From: Parcubacteria group bacterium
Lineage (GTDB): Bacteria; Patescibacteriota; Minisyncoccia; Moranbacterales; UBA9337
Length of the DNA: 64,000 bases
Assembly (NCBI GenBank): GCA_041662245.1
Contig: JBAZSW010000001.1
Location: 11,714 to 75,713 of the forward strand
Direction of reading: 5' to 3'
How positions within the stretch are numbered: position 1 is the stretch's first letter; each line of letters opens with the position of its first letter. A program made the position numbers and the translations under genes. Below, in pieces: positions 27,661 to 38,520 of this stretch. The notes beneath the pieces were generated by a model, which saw nothing but the letters and a program-made list of their open reading frames with translations, was not told the DNA's origin and made no database searches.

Positions 27661-30492
27661 ATGAAAGATAGAATTTTTGTAAAAGGAGCTAGAGAACACA
27701 ATCTAAAAAATATTGATCTCGAAATTCCTAGAAATAAATTAATAGTTTTTACAGGGCTTAGCGGTAGTGGCAAGAGTACCTTGGCTTTTGATACGATTTT
27801 CGCTGAAGGACAAAGAAGATATTTAGAAAGTCTTTCTAGCTACGCTCGCCAATTTTTAGGTCAAATGGATAAGCCGGATGTGGATTATATTGAAGGACTT
27901 AGTCCAGCTATTTCTATTGACCAAAAATCAGTTTCTCGCAATCCTCGTTCAACGGTGGGAACTATTACCGAAATTCATGATTATTTGCGTTTGCTTTATG
28001 CTAAAATAGGAATTCCTCATTGTCCAGAATGTGGGCGAGAAATTAGCAAAATGTCGATTGATGAGATTGTCGATCGAGCTATTGAGAATGGAGCTAATAA
28101 AGAAATAGAAATTATGGCTCCTATTGTGCGAAGTCGTAAAGGTGAATATAGTACACTTTTGGAAGATATGTATAAAAGTGGATATTCCACTGCCAGAGTT
28201 AACGGTAAAATGATAAAATTAATTAATTGGAAAGAAATAAAATTAGCTCGTTACAAAAAACATAACATTGACATTGTAGTTGATAAATTAAAAATAAATG
28301 ATGATAATCTGAGTCGAATCTTCGAGGGAGTTGAAAGAGCTTTAAAAATTGCCAAGGGAATTGTGATGATCAAGAATGGGAAAAAAGAAAGTTCTTTTAA
28401 TCAAAATTTAGCTTGTCCGGTGCATGAAATAGAATTTCCCGAGTTGGAACCTCGGTTGTTTTCTTTCAATTCTCCTTTTGGGGCTTGCGAAGCTTGTGAG
28501 GGATTAGGAACAAAAAAGGAGTTAGATGAAAAATTGATTATTCCCGACAGAAACAAAACCATCGGTGAGGGGGGTATTTTACCTTGGAGTTATAAGTCTA
28601 ACAATTATTTAGGGACAATAATGCGCGCGGTAACTAATTATTATCACATTGCCGAAAATAAAAGACTTAAAGATTTAAGCAAAAGTGATTTGGATACATT
28701 GCTTTATGGCAGCGAAGAGCAGGATTTGATTAGCGTAAAATATCATTTTCGTACAGGGGTACGGGAATATTTTATGACTTGGAAAGGAATTGTCGGTTGG
28801 ATGGAAGACAGATATAAAAAAACTACTTCGGAGGCAGTCAGGAATGATATTGAAAAGTACATGAGTCAAAACCCTTGTTCTACTTGCAAGGGGAGTCGTT
28901 ATAAAAAAGAAGTGCTTCTAGTAAAAGTGGGAAAGAAAAATATCGATGAAATTTCTCATGAAAATATTTTAGATGCGCTAAATTTTTTTAAAAATTTAAA
29001 ATTAAATAAAAAAGAAGAACTTATCGGAAGTCGGATTGTGCAAGAAATTATCAACCGGCTAACTTTTTTAAATGATGTGGGTCTAAATTACATTACTCTT
29101 TCTCGTGGAGCCAAAACTTTAAGCGGAGGAGAATCTCAAAGAATTAGATTAGCTTCCCAAATTGGCTCGCAATTAGTGGGTGTCTTGTATATCCTTGATG
29201 AACCATCAATCGGTTTACATGCTCGCGATAACGCTAGACTTTTAGAAACTCTAAAAAATTTAAAAAGATTAGGGAATACCGTAATTGCCATTGAGCACGA
29301 TGAAGAAACGATGCGAGGAGCGGATTATTTGGTCGATATCGGTCCAGGAGCAGGTAAGCATGGAGGAGAAATTGTCGCAGCGGGAACTCCCGAAGAAGTG
29401 ATGAAAAGTAAGAAATCCATTACAGCACAATATTTGAATGGGACTAATAAAATTGAGATTCCTCATATTAGAAGGAAAGCTTGGGGTAAAAAAAGTATTA
29501 TTTTAAAGGGAGCTAGAGAAAATAATTTAAAAAATCTTAATGTAGAGTTTCCTCTCAATGTCTTTACTTGTGTGACAGGAGTTTCGGGAAGTGGTAAATC
29601 CACTTTAGTTAAGGATACTCTCTACAAAGCACTTTCTAATAAATTACATAAAACTCTAGAAATTCCTGGCACGCATCAAGAAATAATCGGAGCTCACAAT
29701 ATTGATAAGATAATAATGGTTGATCAGGCACCGATTGGACGAACCCCTCGTTCTAATCCTGCGACATACACAGGATTGTTTACTTTTATTCGTGATTTAT
29801 TTGCTACAACTCGCGATGCTAAAGCTCGGGGTTATAATCCGGGAAGATTTTCTTTTAATGTTAGTGGCGGACGTTGTGATAATTGTAAAGGTGAAGGATT
29901 TTTAAAAATTGAAATGCAATTTATGCCAGATGTTTATCTGCCCTGCGATGTGTGTAAAGGAAAAAGATATAATCGAGAAACTTTGGAAGTAAAATATAAA
30001 GGAAAAAATATTTCAGAAGTTTTAGCAATGACTGTCAGTGAGGCATTAGAATTTTTTGAAAATTTTACGATTATTTCCGATAAGTTAAGAGTTTTAGACG
30101 AAGTAGGGTTGGGCTATATCGAACTGGGGCAAAGTGCCACTACTCTAAGTGGAGGAGAAGCTCAAAGAGTAAAGCTGGCTACGGAACTTTCACGTCGTTC
30201 TAGCGGACATAATATTTATATTTTAGACGAACCGACCACGGGACTTCATTTTGAAGATATTAAAAAATTATTGGATATTCTCAATCGTTTGGTGGATGCC
30301 GGCAACACTGTAATTGTAATTGAACACAATATGGATATGATTAAATCGGCGGATTGGCTTATTGATCTCGGCCCTGAAGGAGGAGAGAATGGGGGAAAAA
30401 TTATCGTGACGGGTACGCCTGAAGAAGTAGCCAGATGGCATAAAGAAAGTTATACAGGGAAATATTTGAGAAAAGCTTTAGGGCTTAGATGA
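27661..30492 (+). CDS. uvrA: Excinuclease ABC subunit A.
   Basis: Start chosen at MKDRIFVKGAREHNLKNIDLEIPRNKLIVFTGLSGSGKSTLAFDTIFAEGQRRYLESLSSYARQFL by homology to the E. coli N-terminus. The track ORF begins at GTG 27601, and ATGs at 27616 and 27637 are also possible. Two ABC ATPase modules and zinc-finger Cys clusters. Confidence 0.92.
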   Translation: MKDRIFVKGAREHNLKNIDLEIPRNKLIVFTGLSGSGKSTLAFDTIFAEGQRRYLESLSSYARQFLGQMDKPDVDYIEGLSPAISIDQKSVSRNPRSTVGTITEIHDYLRLLYAKIGIPHCPECGREISKMSIDEIVDRAIENGANKEIEIMAPIVRSRKGEYSTLLEDMYKSGYSTARVNGKMIKLINWKEIKLARYKKHNIDIVVDKLKINDDNLSRIFEGVERALKIAKGIVMIKNGKKESSFNQNLACPVHEIEFPELEPRLFSFNSPFGACEACEGLGTKKELDEKLIIPDRNKTIGEGGILPWSYKSNNYLGTIMRAVTNYYHIAENKRLKDLSKSDLDTLLYGSEEQDLISVKYHFRTGVREYFMTWKGIVGWMEDRYKKTTSEAVRNDIEKYMSQNPCSTCKGSRYKKEVLLVKVGKKNIDEISHENILDALNFFKNLKLNKKEELIGSRIVQEIINRLTFLNDVGLNYITLSRGAKTLSGGESQRIRLASQIGSQLVGVLYILDEPSIGLHARDNARLLETLKNLKRLGNTVIAIEHDEETMRGADYLVDIGPGAGKHGGEIVAAGTPEEVMKSKKSITAQYLNGTNKIEIPHIRRKAWGKKSIILKGARENNLKNLNVEFPLNVFTCVTGVSGSGKSTLVKDTLYKALSNKLHKTLEIPGTHQEIIGAHNIDKIIMVDQAPIGRTPRSNPATYTGLFTFIRDLFATTRDAKARGYNPGRFSFNVSGGRCDNCKGEGFLKIEMQFMPDVYLPCDVCKGKRYNRETLEVKYKGKNISEVLAMTVSEALEFFENFTIISDKLRVLDEVGLGYIELGQSATTLSGGEAQRVKLATELSRRSSGHNIYILDEPTTGLHFEDIKKLLDILNRLVDAGNTVIVIEHNMDMIKSADWLIDLGPEGGENGGKIIVTGTPEEVARWHKESYTGKYLRKALGLR

Positions 30493-30578
30493 TAAACTTA
30501 AAAAGTGATTAAAATTAAATACTAAAAAATAAAAAAGATTCCTGATATTACGGGGAATCTTTTTTGAGTTTTTTAAAC

Positions 30579-31187
30579 TCAAGTTTTTATTTTTTGGAAG
30601 TCACTTATGGAGAATGCAACTCCGCTGGTCTTGTAGTGGTGAATTGCCATCCCAAGGGCATAGTTTCGAGAGGCATCAAAATTTGGAAATGTTGCCTTTT
30701 GGCATAGGAATTTTTTAAATGTAACATTCTCGTAGCAATATATTTTTTCAAAAACAGCATTGCCACAGTCAAACTCTCCGATGGTCGAAACGCTAAAGTA
30801 AATATCCTTAAAAAAGGCATTTTCACAATTAAATTTTTTGATGGTTGCACCATTGAATTGAAACCTGCTATTGAATTTGGCATTTCCACAATAGAATCCG
30901 CCAAACAAGCTAATGCTGTCTCCCAAAGAGAACCAATCGTCGAATTTTGCATCATCGCAATAAAAACCTCCTTTAAATCTGGCGTAGAAACAGCTGAAAT
31001 GTTTTTTGAACGTAGCGTCACCACAATGAAAGTCATTCTTAAAAGTTCCCCTGCCAAGAGAAATGTCTCGGGTAAAAGTTTTTTTGGGAAGAACAATTTT
31101 TCCTTTAACGATGTACTCGCCAAAAATTTGGAAATTGCCGTTCTTGTACAAATGTTCGATAAATTTTGCAACGGTTATGGTTTTCAT
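30579..31187 (-). CDS. Pentapeptide-repeat-like (beta-helical) protein.
   Basis: About 10-residue periodicity of xFxCxxAxFx: ATFKKHFSCFYARFKGGFYCDDAKFDDWFSLGDSISLFGGFYCGNAKFNS.... Confidence 0.5.
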   Translation of the reverse strand: MKTITVAKFIEHLYKNGNFQIFGEYIVKGKIVLPKKTFTRDISLGRGTFKNDFHCGDATFKKHFSCFYARFKGGFYCDDAKFDDWFSLGDSISLFGGFYCGNAKFNSRFQFNGATIKKFNCENAFFKDIYFSVSTIGEFDCGNAVFEKIYCYENVTFKKFLCQKATFPNFDASRNYALGMAIHHYKTSGVAFSISDFQKIKT

Positions 31188-31372
31188 CTCTTCCTCCAGT
31201 TGATTTTTAAAAAAAGTACTACATCAATCCACCATAGAACTGACTGTATATTATAACTTATTTTTAGAACATGTCAATTCATTCATACTTGGGATCCTGA
31301 GCTTAATAGACCATTTTAAAACTTGAATTTAGAATTCAATTTGAAACTTTTAATTTAGCCTTTAAAATTAAT

Positions 31373-32356
31373 CTAATTTTTTATTTCCTCCATCTTAACA
31401 TTGGCTATGCCTTGACCGAGTGAGGCTATTTTTTCAAAAGCGACTTTATCTAGATCAATAATTCGACCAGCGCCAAACGGACCGCGATCATTAATTTTTA
31501 CTATGACTGATTTACCATTATCTTTGTTGGTTACTTTGACATAACTGCCCATGGGAAGCCAAGGATTGGCAGCTGACATTGTGCCTGTATAAGCATACCA
31601 ACTAGCTTGACCAGTGTGAGATGTGCCTAATTTTACATAGGTTCCTTGCGTAACAACTTTATTAATTGGTTCTTTAGTAACGACAGTTTCTTTTATTTTA
31701 CGGCTAACCTCTTTATTATCATGGTAGGCTACTTCATAACGAATTTCTTTAGTTCCTTTTTCTCCCGCTACTTCTACTTTTTTAGTTCGCCAGCTGAGTT
31801 TATCGTCTTCTTTTTCAATAGTTTTGAAATCGATATCTTTTTTGACGATTTCTTCCTTGATTTCTACTCGGGTAATTTTTATCTCTTCGTTATTATAGGC
31901 TAAGGTTTTTCTTTCAGGTTTAATGAGGTCTTCTTCGCGGATGTCTAGATTGTTTTCAATAATTATTTCACCTACAGTTTTTCTAAAGCCAAAAATTTCT
32001 TTCTGCTCTTTATCTACCGAAATAATTAATTTTTTGGCTCTTTGTATCTCAACAACATTTCCGGGGAAAAGAATGTTTGACCTATCAGGAAAAACTAAGT
32101 CTTTCTCGTTTAAAGTTATTTTTTCGGTATTTAAAAATTCCTCTATTGTGAGAGCGTTGGTTTGAAATTTATTTTCAAAGTTGTTATCGTTTAGAATAAT
32201 ATTTTTCTCTCCACTGGCGATACCCAAAACTCGTTTATCTTTAAAGAAGAAAGTTTTCCCGACAAAAAAGGTCCCCCCCATCAAGAGGAATATGAGAAAA
32301 TATTTAAATTTAGATTGCCTATGTTTTTGTGTCATCATTGTATAGTCATCAGCCAT
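31373..32356 (-). CDS. Cell-wall-binding protein of the YabE/RpfB type: TM anchor, DUF348/G5-like region, and an RlpA-like double-psi beta-barrel (3D) domain.
   Basis: C-terminus GQASWYAYTGTMSAANPWLPMGSYVKVTNKDNGKSVIVKINDRGPFGAGRIIDLDKVAFEKIA is an RlpA/3D signature. A G5-like segment lies upstream. Confidence 0.7.
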   Translation of the reverse strand: MADDYTMMTQKHRQSKFKYFLIFLLMGGTFFVGKTFFFKDKRVLGIASGEKNIILNDNNFENKFQTNALTIEEFLNTEKITLNEKDLVFPDRSNILFPGNVVEIQRAKKLIISVDKEQKEIFGFRKTVGEIIIENNLDIREEDLIKPERKTLAYNNEEIKITRVEIKEEIVKKDIDFKTIEKEDDKLSWRTKKVEVAGEKGTKEIRYEVAYHDNKEVSRKIKETVVTKEPINKVVTQGTYVKLGTSHTGQASWYAYTGTMSAANPWLPMGSYVKVTNKDNGKSVIVKINDRGPFGAGRIIDLDKVAFEKIASLGQGIANVKMEEIKN

Positions 32357-32572
32357 ATTTTTAATCTCGTGGCCTTATCTATTAAATTATAACAGATTAA
32401 TCCTCACTTTAGCACTATTTGAGAGTTTTTGCACGGATATAATTGCATAAGTGTCCGTATTTGCTATTTTTATCTTAAAGGTTTTATTGTTATAATAACC
32501 CATGAGATGATGGTTGTTGGAATATTAGAAAATTATCATTTAAATAAAATAAAAATTATTAATTTGTAATCT

Positions 32573-33847
32573 ATGAAAAAATTAATTCCTCAAAGTTTTA
32601 AAAATATTTATCATCTGTGCCAAGCTGTCTGGGCTAACATTTGCTTTGGTTTTCCAAGCAGAAAAATAAAGATTATTGGGATAACTGGCACTAACGGCAA
32701 AACTACCACAACTCAATTGGTGACTAAAATTTTAGAGGAAGCGGGATATAAAGTGGCGATGGCTTCGACAATTAATTTTAAATTAGCCGATGAAGAATGG
32801 ATAAATAAAACTAAATTTACTACCCTGTCAGCTTGGCAGGTGCAAAAATTTATTAAAAAAGCAGTAGATAAAAAATGTGATTATTTAGTTTTGGAAACAT
32901 CTTCTCATTCTCTAGATCAATATCGAGTGTGGGGAGTGGATTATGATGGGGCTGTCATAACTAATGTAACTAGAGAACATTTGGATTACCATAAGACAAT
33001 GGAGGTTTATAGAGAGGCCAAATTAAAATTATTTCAAAAATCCAAAAGAATTATAATTAATTTGGATATGGAAAACCCTCAAGAATTTTATAATTTTCAG
33101 GGTAAAGAAATGATTTATGGTTACACTACCAAAAATGAAATTGTAGATAAGGAAAACTTGGTGGTGATTAGAGCTAAAAATATTGAAATGTTTACTAAGT
33201 CCTCTACTTTTAAAGTAGATGATGATGAGTTTGTTTTAAATTTGCCAGGAAAATTTAATATCGAGAATGCCTTAGCGGCAATTTGTGTGGGAATTGTTGA
33301 AGGAATAGATAACAAGATAATTAAAAAAGCTCTAGAAAAAATTGCTAATATTTCAGGGAGAATGGAGTATATTGCCAATGACAAGGATCTCAACATCGTT
33401 GTAGATTATGCGGTCACTCCTGATTCATTGGAAAAACTCTATGATTTGGTTAAAACGATTAATAAAGACAATAAAAAAGTTATTGCAGTTTTTGGTTCTT
33501 GCGGAGAGAGGGATAGAGGAAAAAGACCAATAATGGGAGAAATTGTTTCTAAAAATGCAGATATTGTCATTGTAACTAACGAAGATCCTTATAACGAAAA
33601 CCCAATGCAGATAATAGATGAAGTAGCTAGCGGGATAAAAAATAAAATAGAAGGCAAGGATTTTTATAAAATATTCGATAGACGAGAGGCTATTAATAAA
33701 TCCTTGAATTTGGCCAATCAAGGTGATTTTGTGATTGTAACAGGTAAGGGCGCTGAAGAAACGATGGCAATCGGAGAAAAAAGAATTCCATGGAATGACA
33801 AACAAGTGATTTTGGAAGAATTAAAAAATATTAAAATTGTTGATTAA
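32573..33847 (+). CDS. murE: Mur ligase family protein, MurE-like (UDP-N-acetylmuramoyl-tripeptide synthetase). Short form.
   Basis: P-loop IIGITGTNGKTTTTQLV, and DYAVTPDSLEKLYDLV matching the MurE DYAHTPDALEKAL motif. At 424 aa it is shorter than the canonical protein. Confidence 0.6.
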   Translation: MKKLIPQSFKNIYHLCQAVWANICFGFPSRKIKIIGITGTNGKTTTTQLVTKILEEAGYKVAMASTINFKLADEEWINKTKFTTLSAWQVQKFIKKAVDKKCDYLVLETSSHSLDQYRVWGVDYDGAVITNVTREHLDYHKTMEVYREAKLKLFQKSKRIIINLDMENPQEFYNFQGKEMIYGYTTKNEIVDKENLVVIRAKNIEMFTKSSTFKVDDDEFVLNLPGKFNIENALAAICVGIVEGIDNKIIKKALEKIANISGRMEYIANDKDLNIVVDYAVTPDSLEKLYDLVKTINKDNKKVIAVFGSCGERDRGKRPIMGEIVSKNADIVIVTNEDPYNENPMQIIDEVASGIKNKIEGKDFYKIFDRREAINKSLNLANQGDFVIVTGKGAEETMAIGEKRIPWNDKQVILEELKNIKIVD

Positions 33848-34047
33848 CGCTAGATGGGTCAGAATAATTATGTTGAATTTAAAAACTCGGTTTTTTCCGA
33901 GTTTTTTTGATGCGATATGTGGAATTTGTGTTTAATTCTAATTTTTTTTCTTGACTTTTAGTTTTATGATTGCTAGTTTTAAAGTAGTTTTTTAAGAAGA
34001 ATGGGATTTTTCTGCGTTTAGTATAAAAATATTATAGGGAGGGTTAA

Positions 34048-34626
34048 ATGAAAAAAGAGATATTCGATGCCAAGGGAAGAATTAAGAGAGAATTTTCGGG
34101 GAATGTGATTGTCTATTTAAGCTCTCTTACCAAACAAGGAAATCAAAAAGGAGTGGGGGATGCTTTTGAGATCAGTAGCGGGTCAGTTAGCCAGATGAAA
34201 GTGGAAGCGGGTCGTATGTACATAGGTAGAAAACATCTGGAAAAATTTGCACAAAAAATTGGCGTAAGTATCGAAGAGCTTATTGAAGACATAACTAACA
34301 ATTTGTTTTTGTCACCAACTCAAGAATGTCCCAGAAAAAATAATAAAAGAAATAAGTGCAACAAACATGAGGTGTGGAATATCGCGCTAGTAGATAGAGA
34401 GCCCTTTTTGGCTAGCTTAAAAAAGTCGATAGGTGGATTTGATGTCGAATCCTCATTCATAATGGAACTTAACAAAAATCCCATTTGGGTAGGAATTAAC
34501 AATGTGGCTAAGTTTGATCAAACGGGACTTTTCCCGTCTTGGTGGCTTGGGCTCATCAAAGACAAAGAAGTGAGACAGAGAGTTGTTAGTTGCTTTCAAT
34601 GTTGTCTCAAAAATAATGTACGATAA
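34048..34626 (+). CDS. Hypothetical protein with an XRE-like helix-turn-helix and a Cys-rich C-terminus.
   Basis: ISSGSVSQMKVEAGRMYIGRKHLEKFAQKIGVSIEEL resembles Cro/C1-type HTH. C-terminal CPRKNNKRNKCNKHE...CFQCC. Confidence 0.4.
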   Translation: MKKEIFDAKGRIKREFSGNVIVYLSSLTKQGNQKGVGDAFEISSGSVSQMKVEAGRMYIGRKHLEKFAQKIGVSIEELIEDITNNLFLSPTQECPRKNNKRNKCNKHEVWNIALVDREPFLASLKKSIGGFDVESSFIMELNKNPIWVGINNVAKFDQTGLFPSWWLGLIKDKEVRQRVVSCFQCCLKNNVR

Positions 34627-34768
34627 TAGTCATGAAGATAAACTCGGTAGCCATAAGCCAATGGTTGCCGAGTTTTTTAAAATATAAATTATTTCTGCTG
34701 ATAATTAAATTTGACTTTGTGCTGTCGAAGGTATATTATTTAATGTTGTAAAATTAATTTCAAATGAT

Positions 34769-35284
34769 ATGTCTCTAGAGTCAATAGAAAAACATATTCA
34801 AAAAATTGGGAGAAAGAGATCTGATCTGTTTATCCAATCTTTGCAATTTATCGTTGGATATCAAAGAAATTTTCATATTTACTATTTGGTGGCAATATTT
34901 GTGTCCCTAACTGTGATAATGGCAGATATTACCCTGTTTTTCAGTTTTGAATCTAATCTCTTTGTTAAAATAAGTTTATTTTTCACAACTGTTTCTTTTT
35001 TATTTTCTCTAATTAATTATCTTAATTCTTTAGAAAGAAGTGCTGAAAAAATGGGTGATATTTTTGATAACTTAGATTTTGAATATAAGCAGGAAGCCAA
35101 AATTTTAAGTGATTTTTTTGGAGGGAAAATAGTTGAAAAAGATGTACGAGATTTTTATTTAAGCAGTAAGATAGTTGTAGATAAAAAATATTTTAGCAAT
35201 AACTATGAGATCATCTGGCGTTGGATAAATTTAATCTTGATAGCGTTAGCTGTAATATTTATGCTTTTTAATTTTATCGAATAA
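34769..35284 (+). CDS. Hypothetical membrane protein.
   Basis: Three or four predicted TM helices. No recognisable family. Confidence 0.4.
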   Translation: MSLESIEKHIQKIGRKRSDLFIQSLQFIVGYQRNFHIYYLVAIFVSLTVIMADITLFFSFESNLFVKISLFFTTVSFLFSLINYLNSLERSAEKMGDIFDNLDFEYKQEAKILSDFFGGKIVEKDVRDFYLSSKIVVDKKYFSNNYEIIWRWINLILIALAVIFMLFNFIE

Positions 35285-35330
35285 AAAACTCCTTAGATTT
35301 TAAGGAATTTTTGTTATGGTAGAGTATCTC

Positions 35331-35777
35331 CTAGAGTATCTTAATTAGAAAAATTGTAAATGTGAATCCCACAATTCCTCCGGCAATCACTTCGCTCATG
35401 CGGTGGCCCATCCTTTCTTTCAATTCGGGATATTTTTCATTGTCCATTTCAAGTTTGTTTTTAATGAAATTGAGATACTCGCTGTGGGTTCCCATGTAAA
35501 CTCTCAGTCGGGTAGCGTCATCGACTACAATAATGGCCATAATCACCGCCAGAGCAAAAGCTCCTGAAGTTATGCCTGCATAATGTCCGATGGAAGTAAC
35601 CATCGAAGTCATCAGGGCAGTATGAACACTGGGCATATGACCATAGCTCATAGCATGTTTTTTAGTATAAGCAAAATCTCTATTGTGGTTAAAATAAAAT
35701 ATGAGAAATTTCAAAACTCGGGTGAGAAGTAATACGACTAAAGGTATGATAAAAATATTATATTGTCCGAAAGGCAT
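35331..35777 (-). CDS. Divergent PAP2 family protein (DUF212).
   Basis: GHMPSVHTALMTSM and RMGHRMSEVIAGGIVG match the DUF212 GMPSSHSA and GHTPxEVxAG motifs. Confidence 0.65.
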   Translation of the reverse strand: MPFGQYNIFIIPLVVLLLTRVLKFLIFYFNHNRDFAYTKKHAMSYGHMPSVHTALMTSMVTSIGHYAGITSGAFALAVIMAIIVVDDATRLRVYMGTHSEYLNFIKNKLEMDNEKYPELKERMGHRMSEVIAGGIVGFTFTIFLIKIL

Positions 35778-35940
35778 ATTTTTTATTTTTTAGAGCTTAA
35801 TGCTTAAATCATAGCATAAATTAGCAAATTATAAAAATTAAACTTGCTGATAGTTATAGAAGTGATATAATTAAAGGGGTAATTAATAAATGATGAATAT
35901 TTTTATTTCTTTGAATAAATAAAAATAAACATAAAAAAGT

Positions 35941-36504
35941 ATGATAATTTTAGTGATTTTGCTGGTGATTATTGCGATAGGGGTTATTTGGGTCATCTCT
36001 ATCTATAATGGTTTAATTAAGCTAAAAAATAGAGTGGATGAGGCTTGGAGCGATATTGATGTGCAATTGAAAAGAAGATATGATTTGATTCCCAATCTAG
36101 TGAATACCGTAAAAGGTTATGCAGCTCATGAAAGCGGCACTTTTGAAAAGGTTACTGAAGCTCGAAATAAAGCTATGCAAGCTCAAGCTACAGGAGATGC
36201 TAAATCTCAAGCTGAGGCGGAGAATATGCTTTCAGGAACATTGAAATCAATTTTTGCATTAGCAGAGAATTATCCTGAATTGAAAGCTAATCAAAACTTT
36301 TTAGAGTTGCAGAGAGAGTTGAGTGATACAGAAGATAAAATTCAAGCTTCTCGAAGATTTTACAATGGTAATGTGCGTGATTTCAATATTAAAATTGAAC
36401 TTTTCCCCAATAATGTTTTTGCGGGAATGTTAAACTTTACAAAAAGAGAATTTTTTGAAGTAGCGAATGAATCAGAAAAAGAAGCTGTTAAAGTAGAATT
36501 TTAG
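35941..36504 (+). CDS. lemA: LemA family protein.
   Basis: N-terminal TM plus IYNGLIKLKNRVDEAWSDIDVQLKRRYDLIPNLVNTVKGYAAHE...TEARN. Confidence 0.8.
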   Translation: MIILVILLVIIAIGVIWVISIYNGLIKLKNRVDEAWSDIDVQLKRRYDLIPNLVNTVKGYAAHESGTFEKVTEARNKAMQAQATGDAKSQAEAENMLSGTLKSIFALAENYPELKANQNFLELQRELSDTEDKIQASRRFYNGNVRDFNIKIELFPNNVFAGMLNFTKREFFEVANESEKEAVKVEF

Positions 36505-36615
36505 GATTTCTTTATTAATTACGAATTTTTACAAATATACAAAATATTAAAGGGTTTGTAATGCTTATAAAGTAGCAAGTATTATTCATAATTCTTAATT
36601 CATCCTATCAACGCT

Positions 36616-37509
36616 ATGTCCACTTTATATACACAAGCTGATAAAAATAAACGATTAACTTGGATTTACATTTCAGGTTTTTTGGTTTTTGTAATTGGAG
36701 TGGGTTATGTTTTTGCTGGAGCAATAGGCAATAGCTGGATTTTATACGGAGCAGTAATTTTTTCTATTTTGATGAGCTTTGGCTCATATTGGTGGAGTGA
36801 TAAGATCGTATTGGGAATGAGTGGAGCCAAGGAAGTCACTCACGAAAATGCCAAAGAAGTTTTTCATTTAGTAGAAAATCTTTGTATTACGGCTGGTTTG
36901 CCTGTCCCCAAAATTTATATTATTGAAGATAGCGCTCCCAATGCTTTTGCGACAGGTAGAGACCCTGAGCATGGTGTAATTTGCTTTACTACAGGAATAA
37001 TCGCCAAACTGGAAAAGGCCGAGCTGGAAGGAGTAATCGCTCATGAATTATCCCATATCGGCAATCGAGATATTTTACTTTCTACGGTGGTAGTTGTTTT
37101 AGTTGGATTTGTAACACTTCTTGCTGATTGGTTTCGACATTGGGCTTTTTGGGGAGGTAGAGGAAATAACAATAATGAAGGCGGACAGTTAAGATTAATT
37201 TTAATAATATTGGCTGTGATTCTTTCAATTTTAGCTCCTTTTGCAGCGATGTTGATGCAATTAGCCATTTCTCGAAAAAGAGAATTTTTAGCTGATGCTG
37301 ATGGAGCATTACTTACCCGTTATCCCGAAGGATTAGCAAGAGCACTGGAAAAAATATCGGCTGATAGTGAACCATTAGAAGCAGCGAATCGTGCTACAGC
37401 TCACCTTTATATCGCTAATCCTTTTAAAGGAAAAAAGGTTTCCAAATTATTTATGACCCATCCACCAATAACAGAGAGGGTGGCAAGATTAAGAGATTTA
37501 AATATTTAA
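36616..37509 (+). CDS. htpX: Protease HtpX (M48 zinc metalloprotease).
   Basis: HELSHIGNRD (HExxH), four TM helices, C-terminal FMTHPPITERVARL. Confidence 0.85.
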   Translation: MSTLYTQADKNKRLTWIYISGFLVFVIGVGYVFAGAIGNSWILYGAVIFSILMSFGSYWWSDKIVLGMSGAKEVTHENAKEVFHLVENLCITAGLPVPKIYIIEDSAPNAFATGRDPEHGVICFTTGIIAKLEKAELEGVIAHELSHIGNRDILLSTVVVVLVGFVTLLADWFRHWAFWGGRGNNNNEGGQLRLILIILAVILSILAPFAAMLMQLAISRKREFLADADGALLTRYPEGLARALEKISADSEPLEAANRATAHLYIANPFKGKKVSKLFMTHPPITERVARLRDLNI

Positions 37510-37513
37510 AAAT

Positions 37514-38017
37514 ATGATTGAAAATGAACTAATTTTTACTACTCCAGATAGATTGCCTCGAGATAGATTCGTTTTTCCGGAAGTGTTGGTGGGGATATTT
37601 AAGGATAATGATGCAATTGTAGAGGCGATAGAAACTGAAATAAGGAAAAGAATTCAAGAAAGTACAATTAATAATTTTACCAGTGAGGTTGTTTTGAAAA
37701 ACGTTATAGGACCATTTTTTATTGATCTAAATAATGAAGAAAAAAAGATTTTATTGAGCATAGTTGATGAAATAAAGGATAAAAAAATAGAAAAAGAAGA
37801 AAAAGATATTTCCAACAAGGCTGTTCCTAAAAAGACATTATCTAATAATGATTTGCAAGAGGCTATTGCTGGTGCAACTAATTTTTTAAGTGAAGAAGCT
37901 AAAAGGGCAGGAAATGTTTCCGAGGTTAAGCGCACTTTTAAGGGCAGTATAATCTTTGATGGGGATCATGCTGGTCACGAAAGAGATATTGCAGAGATTG
38001 ATGATATAGAAGATTAA
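37514..38017 (+). CDS. Hypothetical acidic protein.
   Basis: ORF starts 5 nt after the htpX stop. No recognisable family. Confidence 0.4.
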   Translation: MIENELIFTTPDRLPRDRFVFPEVLVGIFKDNDAIVEAIETEIRKRIQESTINNFTSEVVLKNVIGPFFIDLNNEEKKILLSIVDEIKDKKIEKEEKDISNKAVPKKTLSNNDLQEAIAGATNFLSEEAKRAGNVSEVKRTFKGSIIFDGDHAGHERDIAEIDDIED

Positions 38018-38039
38018 TTCTTTTTTAAGAAGAATCCGT

Positions 38040-38474
38040 ATGAGTTTTGGAAATTTTAATCCTCCCAAAAATTGTAGCAAATATTATTGGACCAGACACA
38101 GTATCGGAAAAATGATGCAATATGGACTTAGTGCTCAGAGGGTTACTCGGGTAATCAGAAGTTTTCAACGAATAGAAGAAGGAATTGCTAAAAATACTGT
38201 TGCTGTAATGCAACCCAATTCGATTAAGATAGACAAAGAAGGTAAAAAGAAGTGGAGTCAGGAGATTTGGGTGATGTACCAAAAATCAGTTAAAAATTCA
38301 AAGTGCAAAATTAAAAGTGATAATAAAGATAACAAAGAAATTTCGAATTTGAAGCAAATCATTTTTGGGAGTAATCAATTGAAAATAATAAGTGTTTGGC
38401 GGTACCCTGGAGTGAGTCCAAAAAATAATCCAATCCCGAGTGAAATTTTGGATGAAATTGAGGAATTATTATAA
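38040..38474 (+). CDS. Hypothetical protein with a DUF4258-like N-terminal segment.
   Basis: YWTRHSIGKMMQYGLSAQRVTRVI resembles the DUF4258 pattern [ST]xHAxxRMxxRGISxxxVxxxI. Weak call. Confidence 0.35.
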   Translation: MSFGNFNPPKNCSKYYWTRHSIGKMMQYGLSAQRVTRVIRSFQRIEEGIAKNTVAVMQPNSIKIDKEGKKKWSQEIWVMYQKSVKNSKCKIKSDNKDNKEISNLKQIIFGSNQLKIISVWRYPGVSPKNNPIPSEILDEIEELL

Positions 38475-38520
38475 TTTTATATTCAAACAAAAAACAGCTC
38501 AAAAGCTGTTTTTTTAAATG

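Noticed and set aside
30605-31171. Alternative minus-strand frame ORF overlapping the pentapeptide-repeat gene.
   Set aside because: Same strand, different frame. The chosen frame shows a clear 10-residue repeat periodicity; the other does not.
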